DNA of 64,000 nucleotides, taken from assembly GCA_043228905.1 (NCBI GenBank), contig JBHGNT010000010.1, forward strand, positions 7,936,001 to 8,000,000. Direction: 5' to 3'. Position 1 is the stretch's first letter. Every line of letters begins with the position of its first letter. This document shows, in pieces, positions 14,701 through 24,853 of this stretch. This DNA is from Azolla caroliniana (lineage: Eukaryota > Plantae > Polypodiophyta). The translations under genes and the position numbers were made by a program. The notes beneath the pieces are model-generated. The model was not told the DNA's origin and ran no database searches. It saw only the letters and a list, made by a program, of their open reading frames with translations.

Positions 14701-15142
14701 TCATTTCTACTTGACCCGGAATACGCCGAACAAGAAATAGAAGATGGAGATTGACTCAAACACATGTTCGAAGAAAGTCTGATTACGACAAGGCTTAGTG
14801 GGCCACAAGAGCCCTCGAGTGACCAAAGCACATCTCTGCCTAGTCCGAAGATGGACAAAGGCAAGGCGAAAATGTCGGAGTATGAAGACAACCAATTCAA
14901 CGGCAACAAATCGATTCACTCCCTCGAGAGTGAGTTCGGTGGCTTCGATGTACCTATCATGAGGACACCTAGCATAAAGAAAGCCATTGCCACGGAAAAC
15001 AAAAAACTCTATTGCTCCACCCGTGAGAAGAATCCTGTTAGCCGATTCGGCTACAATGATTATATGGCATACCACTATGCCTTTATTATGAAGGTGGTGA
15101 CAGTTTTTCGGAAGTAGCCAAAGATCCACGATGGGTTGAAGC
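11762..15142 (+). pseudogene. Degenerate Copia A gag-protease-integrase with frameshifts and stops, an internal duplication of about 200 bp (about 13025-13432) and a solo LTR insertion
   Basis: Gag (KLDRNNFASW), zinc knuckle CGYCGKIGHHEEEC, protease WFIDSGASNHM, GAG-pre-integrase LWHKQIGH (twice), integrase IHSDVW...FIDDFSR, KLDPKSEKCILVGY. Confidence 0.9.
14132..14575 (-). mobile_element. Solo LTR (Copia A-related) inserted in the integrase region
   Basis: TGTT...CAACA ends; TSD gatat/gatac; the host frame (VGY|SLEKKGY) resumes after it; the minus strand begins tgttgagagatcaagctcaac, like the A LTRs. Confidence 0.85.
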
Positions 15143-15656
15143 TATCATGATATGGCAAGACTCGAACCCATGACCTTATGCTACATGGGTCGAGCTCTTA
15201 CCATTAGACTATGAATTGTAATTTGTAGGATATTATTTTCATTTATGCTTTATCATAGAAAATTTATGTATATTCCAGATCTCTCTGGAACACTCTAGAA
15301 GCTTCAGGATTATTCCTAAAAACACTATAAAAGGAGGCACAAGGCATTGTTTTGAACCAAATTGGTTCAACGCCAGTCTTAAGCCTCTTAGCCGCTTGTA
15401 CTTATCTTTTCACATAATATATTAGCTGTTGTCATCATCTTTTTCTCTCTCTCATCCTCACTATCTCTCTCTCTCCTCTTCTCACTTCCTCTCTCGGGAA
15501 TCTTACGCAGTCCCGTCCTCTTAGTACTAATAGTATTGCTCTTCTTAGTACTAATTCCATCTCTGCTTTAGTACTATTCTTGACAGTTTGAACCAATTTT
15601 CTTTCCTCCAGCCTACTTGTCGTTCTCCCTCATCCTCCTACCCTTTTCCCTATACT

Positions 15657-16814
15657 ATGGCTATTGTTAGCGCCCAAGAATATCAATCCATTTTCTCTGA
15701 GTTACAGTGCCTAAAAGAAAAGATTGTTGCCCTGGAACAAGAAAACCAACGGTTGATAGGGGATCTGCAACAAATCACTCTCGAAAAACAACAAACGCAA
15801 CAACAACATGGGGAGTTAGCGTTACGAGTACAACAACTCAAAGCAGCGTTGCAACAACAAGGATCAAGTCCCCAAGGTTTTCATAAAGAGCCCAAGATTG
15901 GACTTCTTGTGAAATTTGATGGAACGCGATCGCAATTCCGGGGATTCCTTAATCAGGTACGCTTAGTAATCCAGATGCATCCTTCCCGATATCCCACTGA
16001 TGCATCTTGAGTCGGCCTAATAGGCACGTTACTTAGCGGCTCAGCCTTGGCATGGTTCGCTCCGCTTCTAGAAAAACAATCGCCCTTGCTTAATAACTTT
16101 GAAGATTTTATTGGTGAGTTTAAAGCCTGCTTTGGAGATACCGATAGCATCAGGACGGCGATCAACAAGATCCGAAGATTGCGTCAAGGCGATCGTCCAG
16201 CCTCTGCCTACGCGGCGGATTTCCGTCTACTCGCCTCAGATATCCCTTGGGATGACCAGGCCCTCATGGAGCAGTTTCGCTACGGCTTGTGCAATGATGT
16301 CAAAGATTTGCTTTTAACCTTCCCCGAAGAACCAAAGTCTCTTACGGAGGCAATCAGTCGAGCGGTCCGATGCGACAACCGCCTTTTCGAACGGCGTTCG
16401 GAACGTCAGTTACAAATACCACGCTCTCGGCCGGAACCCACATACGCCTCAGTCACGGCTAAACCGTTTGCACGCGATGTACCTCAAGCCAATATTTCGA
16501 CACCGATGGAGATCGACACCATGCGTTGACGCGGCCCGTTATCGGAAGAAGAAAAGCAACGACAACATGCCAATCGATTATGTCTTTATTGCAGTGGACC
16601 AGGGCATATCGCCATCAATTGTCCCCATAGGCCAAGAAGACAAGTAAATCAAATCATCGCATGTACTAAACCCGAGTCAATTCTTCCCTTCGGAGTGTCT
16701 GATAGTATTAATAGTACTAATAGAGTGTCAGATAGTATTCATAGTACTAATAGCCCAAGTATCTCAAACAAATTTGAAATCCTTTGTCAATTAGATGAAG
16801 AGTTAAACGATTGA
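15657..16814 (+). pseudogene. Chromovirus B gag with two premature stops (16008, 16527)
   Basis: Coiled-coil N-terminus, KFDGTRSQFRGF, LRQG, PMEID, zinc knuckle CLYCSGPGHIAINC. Confidence 0.88.
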
Positions 16815-19800
16815 GTTCAGCCAAAATAGGAGCCGTTTGGTTGGACAGCAGCCCTAGATCTGTACAACCCATTAGTGGTTCCATTCCTTCCAAGCAAGTT
16901 AGCAATGTGTTCCTAGCCCAAGTCATTGTTAGTACTAAAAGTACTCCCCCAGTACCCGTCCTAGCACTCTTAGATTCCGGAGCTAATTCCTGTTTTATGG
17001 ATCGAAATTTTGCCCAAGCTTCTCAGATATCCCTAAGGAAACTTCCTTGTCCCGCATCTGTAGTGGTCATTGATGGTCGTCCCATTGCTTCCGGGAATAT
17101 TGTAGAAGAATCAGAACCCATTCAAGTTGTCCTAGGTAGTTTTGTGTGTGTAATATCATTTAATATAATTAATAGTCTAGAGCATCCCATTGTCCTAGGA
17201 TTACCTTGGTTTGAATTACATAATCCAGCCATAGATTGGAGAACAAGAGAAGTCCGATATGGACCACCCCAAGCATCTACTCACCGAGTTTCGACCATTT
17301 CACTCCATCAATTATGCGAAGAAGGACACAAGGAGGCAATGTTCCTATTTGCAATATCAGTACATCCTTCCAGCACTATTAAGAAGGACTCCTCAGTACA
17401 ACTTCCGGCAAAATATCATCCTTATGCCGATGTATTTGACAAGGTAAAAGCCGGTACCCTTCCTCATCACCGTCCCTATGACTGTCCCATTGATTTACAA
17501 CTAGGAACCGAGCCACCATGGGGACCAATTTACAACTTGTCACCCACCGAGTTAGAAGTCCTTCGAGCCTACATAGAGGAGAACTTGGCAAGCGGGTTCA
17601 TCCGTCATTCGAAATCTCCGGCCGGTGCACCCATCTTCTTTGTCAAGAAGAAAGATGGCTCACTTCGTCTCGTCGTTGATTACCGCGGATTGAATAAGGT
17701 CACCATCCGGAATAGGTATGCACTTCCTCTTATATCAAGCCTTTTAGAGCGAGTTAATGGTGCCAAGTTTTTTACTAAAATCGACCTACAAGGAGCGTAT
17801 AACCTCGTGCGGATCCGACCGGGAGATGAATGGAAGACCGTCTTTCGCATGCGGTACGGGCATTTCGAGTATACTGTTATGTCGTTCGGCCTAACCAATG
17901 CACCCGCAGTCTTCCAACACATGGCAAATGATATATTCAGAGACCTCTTGGATATCTGTTTGATCATCTATCTGGATGATCTATTGATTTATTCGAAGAC
18001 CCAGGAAGAGCACGATTCTCATGTACTATTAGTACTAAAGCGTCTCCGCGAGAATGGTCTTTATGCCAAGCTAGAAAAATATAGCTTTGACTGCAAGCAA
18101 GTGGAATTTCTAGGCTACGTCATCTCCTCAAAGGGCATCGCCATGGATCCAGCTAAAATCCAAATTGTACTAGAGTGGCAAATTCCACGGTCGGTACAAG
18201 ATGTACAATGTTTTCTAGGTTTTGCTAACTTCTACCGTAAGTTTATACAGGATTACTCGAAGTTTATTTTACCTCTCACACAACTTACGAAGAAGGGCCA
18301 AGCATTTCTTTGGTCCATCGAACCAGATATGGCTTTTCGGTATCTTAAGAAAGCCTTTACATCAACACCGATTCTAGCTCATGTGGATACAAGCAAACCA
18401 TTCATCATGGAGGCCGATGCATCAGATTTCGCCTTCGGTAGCATCCTTTCTCAACAAGGAGATAAAGAAGAGTTGCATCCGATGGCTTTCCATTCGCGCA
18501 AATTCGATGTCGCAGAAATCAACTACGAAATACATGACAAGGAGTTATTAGCCATCGTGGATTCATTTGTGCAATGGCAGCATTTCTTAGAGGGCTCTCC
18601 ACATCAGGTCATTGTCTTTAGAGATCATAAAAATCTTGCTTATTTTCAGAACGCTCGCGTACTAAATTGACGTCAAGCTCGGTGGGCACAATTCCTCACG
18701 CGTTTCGACTTCAAAATCACATATCAACCGGGGAAGCATCAAGGAAAAGCGGATGCACTATCACGGCGTTCATATCTTGCACCTCGTCCTGGTGATGCAA
18801 CATTTGATAATCAAAAGCAAGTAATCTTGGGACCAACACGACTGCATACGACGCGGATTTTTCACACCCCGATGGATTCACGGATTACCGATGACATACG
18901 TGCAACCTTGAAGACGGATAGTTTTGCTCAAGACATCCTGGCGCACATTGATACTTCTCGGGCCTCCTGTTCTCAGTCTCAACAACCAAGTATTGACTAC
19001 CGACAATTCGAATATCATGATGGTTTGTTATTCTTTAAAAAGCGCATATATGTCCCCGATTGCTCCTGTCGCCTTCAAATCGTCCACCATTGTCACGACA
19101 CCCATACGGCGGGACATTTCGGTAGTACTAAGACGTTGGAGCTAGTGCAACGATCTTTTTGGTGGCCCCACATGCGCCGTTTTGTCGACGACTACGTTCG
19201 GACCTGTGATGCTTGCTGCCGAGCAAAGATGCCACGACACCATCCATATGGCTTGTTGGAACCCTTACCGATTCCAAGTAAGCCATGGCAATCTATTTGT
19301 CTTGATTTTATCACAGATCTGCCGGTCTCGAAGGGGTTCGATGCTATCCTAACCGTCGTCGATCGATATACGAAGATGGCACATTTTGTGCCGTGTACTA
19401 AAGCCATCACTAGCGAGGAAACTGCCGCCCTTGTTATGCATGAGGTATTTCGGCATCATGGCCCCCCAGACAGTATCATCAGTGACCGAGGACCGCAATT
19501 TGTCTCCAAATTTTGGCAGCATCTCTTCAAGATGCTCAAGGTCTCCTGCAACCTCTCCTCCGGCTACCATCCTCAGACCGACGGGCAGGCGGAACGAACA
19601 AACCAAACGCTGGAGCAATATCTCCGGTGTTTCCTGAGTTATCAACAGGACGATTGGGCCGAGATTCTCCACTTTGCGGAGTTTGCGTATAATAATGCTA
19701 TTCACTCCTCGACTCAGGTCTCCCCATTTTTCGCTTATACCGGTTTCCATCCTCGCTGGTCGGTGATCGACACCCCGAAGCTACCTACCAACCCTCGTGT

Positions 19801-20396
19801 CGAGGATCATTTGGAGAGGCTACGGAAGATCCAGATGGATCTCTCTACTCACCTTCGTCATGCTCAACACACACAGAAGACTTATGCGGATCGTCATCAG
19901 ATTCCCTCCTCTTTTGCCATCGGAGATCGAGTATGGCTCTTACGTCGTCACATCAAGACTACTCGACCGTGCGACAAGTTGGATTATCGACGACTTGGTC
20001 CCTTCCGTATTACGGGTAAGATTAATGATGTCACATTCCGCCTTGATCTCCCTCCGCAGCTTCAGATACATCCGGTTTTCCATTGTTCTCTTCTTGAACC
20101 TTATAAAGCAAACACCATTCCCGATCGTGTGACACCACCACCGCCCCCGCTGGAGTTGGACGTCGGCCCAGAGTATGAAGTTGCTGCCATCCTCGATTCC
20201 AAACTTGTTCGCAACAAACTTTATTACTTCGTCGATTGGCTCGGTTATAGTTTGAGCGAACGTACTTGGGAACCCGTCGAGCATGTTGCCAATGCATAGG
20301 ATCTTCTTGCTGATTTCCACTAAAAGTATCCGAACAAACCCGGTCCGCAATCAGCGCCGACGAGTGGATGTCGACTTGTTCCACTCGTCGTCTTTA
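16808..20396 (+). pseudogene. Chromovirus B pol (protease, RT, RNase H, integrase, chromodomain) in the -1 frame, with premature stops
   Basis: LLDSGA, YLDD, EADASD, HHCC zinc finger, ISDRG, GPY/F module, chromodomain EYEVAAILDS...YFVDWLGY...TWEP; stops at 18668 and 20297. Confidence 0.92.
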
Positions 20397-20857
20397 AGGG
20401 GGAGATAGTGTCATGATATGGCATGACTCGAACCCATGACCTTATGCTACATGGGTCGAGCTCTTACCATTAGACTATGAATTGTAATTTGTAGGATATT
20501 ATTTTCATTTATGCTTTATCATAGAAAATTTATGTATATTCCAGATCTCTCTGGAACATTCTAGAAGCTTCAGGATTATTCCTAAAAACACTATAAAAGG
20601 AGGCACAAGGCATTGTTTTGAACCAAATTGGTTCAACGCCAGTCTTAAGCCTCTTAGCCGCTTGTACTTATCTTTTCACATAATATATTAGCTGTTGTCA
20701 TCATCTTTCTCTCTCTCTCATCCTCGCTATCTCTCTCTCTCCTCTTCTCACTTCCTCTCTCGGGAATCTTACGCAGTCCTGTCCTCTTAGTACTAATAGT
20801 ACTGCTCTTGTTAGTACTAATTCCATCTCTGCTTTAGTACTATTCCTGACAGAAGCA

Positions 20858-22906
20858 ATGAACGAGGAGATGTGGACACTATGCAAGAACGAGACATGGG
20901 ATCTCGTTCCCCACTCACCGCACAAGAAGGCAATCGGCTGCAAATGGATTTACAAGGTGAAGTATAATGACGACAGTTCCATCAACCGCCACAAAGCTCG
21001 ACTCGTAGAGAAAGGATACACACAAACACATGGAGTCGATTATGAAGAGACCATTGCCACAGTGGCAAAGATGAAGATTGTGCAGACCATAATTGCACTT
21101 GCAGCGGTTACCGAAGTCCAAAGACGGAGATATCCTCTCAGAGAGAGAAGGGCCCCCCGGAGATTTCCGGATGCAAAGCATGTGCTGCTAACCGATGAGG
21201 GGGAGCCAGAAAGCTTCGAGGAAGCTAAAAGTGACGCCCATAGCCGCAAATGGTTGAGTCCCATGCAGGATGAGATGGATTCCCTGCATGAGAACCATAC
21301 GTATGAATTGGTGGAGTTGCCAAAAGGAAAGAGGGCACTCCGAAATAAGTGGGTGTACAAGTTGAAACCGGGAGATGCCAGCAACCCCCCGAGATACAAA
21401 GCCAGGATCGTGGTGAAGGGGTTCCAGCAGAAGAAGGGCGTGGACTTCGACGAGATATTTGCCCCGGTAGTAAAGATGACCTCAATCCGGACGGTGCTGA
21501 GTATAGCGGCAAGCATGGACCTCGAGGTAGAGCAGTTGGACGTGAAGACGACATTCCTTCACGGTGACCTCGAAGAGGAGATCTACATGCAGCAATCGAA
21601 AGGATTCGTGGAGAAGGGGAAGGAGCACCTAGTATGCCGGTTGAAGAAGAGCCTGTACGGATTGAAGCAGGCTCCCCGACAATGGTACCGGAAGTTCGAC
21701 TCCTTCATGAACGATCAAGGGTACCACAAGACACAGGCCGATCACTGTGTGTTTGTGAAGAAGTTCGAAGGAGACGACTTCCTAATACTCCTTCTGTACG
21801 TGGACGACATGTTGATCGTCGGACGGGACCAAGCCAAAATACGGATGCTGAAGAAGGCTCTCAACCGAACCTTTGCGATGAAAGATTTGGGTCCGGCAAG
21901 ACAGATGTTGGGGATGCATATCATCCGGAACCGGCCAACGAAGCAACTGTGGTTGTCACAGGAGAAATACGTGACAAAGGTGCTTCAGCAGTTCAACATG
22001 TTAGATGCGAAACCGGTCGGATTGACACTTCCGGCAAACTGCAGGTTATCCGGTAAGCAAAGCCCGAAGACGAAAGCAGAGAAGGTGGATATGATGAAGG
22101 TTCCATATGCCTCTGCCGTCGGGAGCTTAATGTACGCAATGGTGTGTACCCGACCGGATATAGGATACGCAGTCGGAGTGGTGAGCCGGTTTATGAGCAA
22201 TCTCGGCAAGGAGCACTGGAATGCGATCAAATGGATACTCCGGTACTTGAAGGGAACTTCAAATATGTGTCTCCGATTCAGCTCCGGAAAACCTCAACTT
22301 GACGGTTTTACCGATTCGGACATGTCGGCTGATTTGGATACCAGCCGGTCTACATCCGGGTATGTAATGACATATGCAGGGGGAGCTGTTTCGTGGCAGT
22401 CGAGGCTGCAGAAGACGGTTGTGTTGTCAACCACGGAGGCAGAGTACATGGCGGTTGTGGAAGCCGGCAAGGAAATATTATGGATGAAAGACTTCATCGG
22501 TGAGCTCGGTATCCGGCAAGATGAATACTGGCTCTATTGCGACAGTCAAAGTGCCATCCACCTTGCTAAGAATGCGGCCTACCATTCCCGGACGAAGCAA
22601 ATCCAGCAAAGGTATCACTGGATCCAGGAAAGAGTAGATGACCAGGAGTTCGCGTTGACGAAGATCCACACGGCCGAGAACGGGTCAGATATGTTGACCA
22701 AAGTACTGATACCTGACAAGCTGGATGCCTGCCGAAAGCGGATCGGACTAGTAAGACATCCCATGCCGGAGTCAAGGGGGAGTTTATTAGGAAACAGGTC
22801 CCTCCGGATGGGAACTGAGAAGAACAATACTTATGAGCAAACTCGGCGGAGGCCGAAACCGGATGTGGAAGACCCGGCTACGGAAGACCCGGTGAGAACC
22901 GGATAA
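20858..22906 (+). pseudogene. Chimeric Copia ORF: family A RT N-terminus fused in frame at about 21105 to family C linker-RT-RNase H, reading through into the LTR
   Basis: Two successive RT starts (NETWDLV...KARLV, then NHTYELV...KARIVVKG); YVDD motif; the downstream part is highly similar to 49007-50674; the stop TGA is changed to TCA. Confidence 0.85.
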
Positions 22907-23542
22907 CGAGTAGCCGGCAACGGAAGACCCGGTGAGAACCGGATAACGAGTAGCCGGCAAGAGCCGGATGGTGAAGACCCGGTGAGAACCGGATGTGGAG
23001 TACCCGGCAACAGAAGACCCGGTGAGAACCGGATGACATGTGCCCGGCAAGCGCCGGATGATGCAGGCCCGGTGAGGAGTGCTCACCGGATGAAGGGACA
23101 TATTCGTAAATATGTTTCTGAGAGTTCATCGGGGCTACATTTGTAAATAGCCGGAAAGTCATATTAGTATAAATATGACTTAGGGCAAACTCGTTTATGT
23201 GGATGTTGTCATTCTTGTTGGCGCAAGATTAGAGCGCGTAACAGTGTACAGAGAGAGAGAGAGAGAGGAAGAGGTCGTTGCCTCTATTGTAACCGCCGCC
23301 TGTGGCGAAGATCGTGAGCATGAGGTCGTTGACTCCGTGAACTCACTGTTGTAATCATTGTGATATAGTGATAGTTTGGAGTCTGTGGACTCCCGTGGAT
23401 TTTCCCTCTCAGGGTTTTCCACGTTAAACATCCTATGTTCTCTTCTCTTCTTTGTGTCGTGCGTTCATTATCTGTTTTTTGTGTTCGATTTTAGACTCGG
23501 TTGTGGCCGAGTGTTGTGCAAAGGGAGCGTGCATTCCTGTCA
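22785..23542 (+). repeat. 3' LTR of a family C-like Copia, with CCGG-rich tandem repeats of about 40 bp in U3 (about 22850-23095)
   Basis: Follows the PPT aagggggag exactly as at 50685; shares the TATA hairpin, GA tract and gggttttccacgtt with the C LTR; ends in CA. Confidence 0.8.
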
Positions 23543-24251
23543 GATCGAAGGAGGGTGGATTCTCCCATGCTAGTACAACGGTCCACATTGCACCGAATCG
23601 TGGTGCAAGGCTGCCGAGGCATATTTGCACCATTTTTTCATCCTCCACATTGACGCTTATTGAGCCGAGTGCATCACAAAGCTCCTTGATCTTCAAGGTG
23701 TAGCTTGTGATGGACATATCCCTTTGTTGGATGTTGTTCAACTCTTGGCGGAGTTGAAGCTTCCTCGCGGTCGTGTTGGCGGCGAAAATCTTTCGTAGAT
23801 TTTCCCACGCTTCCTTTGGTGTCTCGGCTTCTCAAATGTAACTGAGCATGTGGTCGTGAACACATGTCGCCGAGCAATATATTACTCGACTCGCCGCTTG
23901 CTCCCATGTTGCATAGTCGGCGTCTTTCGGGTCAGGCCGGTTTTCTTGTGCTCCTTTGATGTAGCTCCAATAGCATTGACCGACAAGGTATTGATGCATC
24001 TTGTACTCCCAAGATGCGGAGTTGTTTCGGTCCAACTTCTTGCTAGGGAGAGCGCTCCCCATTTGAGTATTCATGGTGTTCGATGTAGATTTCTTCCTTC
24101 TTCTTCTCTCTTGAATACAAGCTATGTAATCGCACTAAGATAGCAATGAGCCGGTTCTTCTTGAACGTCGGCATAGAGCTGAACACAAGTGGATTGGTGA
24201 GATCAAGCTACCAAACCGCTCTAATACCATGTAAAGAATCAATGGTGATTC
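23543..24251 (-). mobile_element. Inverted 5' fragment of a second family A Copia (about 22 bp of LTR end, PBS, gag N-terminus)
   Basis: Minus strand reads gattctttaca-TGGTATTAGAGC and then MNTQMGSALPSKKLDRNN. Confidence 0.85.
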
Positions 24252-24393
24252 ATGTCAGACCTTGGATCGATGATCCTTGACTTGCCAAGCTTGAGGGGGA
24301 GTACAAGAGAGAACTAGATACCGTCTAAACCAGGCACCAACCGAAGTGGACACCAACCGAAAGGAACCGACCTTAGTTGAGCTTGAGGGGGCT

Positions 24394-24853
24394 TGTTCAG
24401 AATCAAGCTCAACCTAACATTGTGTGTGAACACACCCTTCGAGAATCTATGAGCACTCAAAGGTCAAGAGTCACACCACTCTCTACACATTACTATATGT
24501 CATAGAATCATATTCTATGACACATAACTAATGAGTTCCATATTCCCCATCACTAATGAGTCTTCACATTCCCCAAGAGAGAGTGGTCGTTATAGTTAGT
24601 TAATGAAGAGAGAGGGTGACAATATATATAAAGCACCCTCCTCCTACTTCATACTAAGTCGGTTGTAACTCCTTGTAATGCTACATTTTGTATTTCCTAT
24701 TCTCCTTGTTAATATACACCTTCTTCTTGAGTACTTCATTTTTCTTTCACCTATTCATCTTGTGTTTTCTCTTCTCTCATCTCTTTCCTCTCACACATAT
24801 AGACATAACACACATCTCTTCCGCTGCACGAAAATCATATCCGATTCTTTACA
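24394..24853 (+). repeat. 3' LTR of Copia A
   Basis: Follows the PPT; TSD ttaat at 24854-24858. Confidence 0.92.

Larger units (their letters stand above)
15143..20851 (+). mobile_element. Ty3/Gypsy chromovirus (Tcn1/Tf1-sushi-like, family B), full length, nested in Copia A
   Basis: 443-bp LTRs at 15143-15585 and 20409-20851 (about 9 differences by eye); perfect TSD GAAGC; PPT aagggggagatag; order gag, PR-RT-RH-IN-chromodomain. Confidence 0.95.
11147..24853 (+). mobile_element. Ty1/Copia LTR retrotransposon (family A), rearranged, hosting nested insertions
   Basis: 460-bp TG...CA LTRs at 11147-11606 and 24394-24853; perfect 5-bp TSD TTAAT; PBS TGGTATCAGA at 11607 (tRNA-iMet); PPT at about 24385-24392. 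Confidence 0.92.

Noticed and set aside
22882-23050. CRISPR-like appearance of the 40-bp repeats
   Set aside because: Units are head-to-tail with related rather than unique spacers, lie inside a Copia LTR of a eukaryote, and no cas genes are present.
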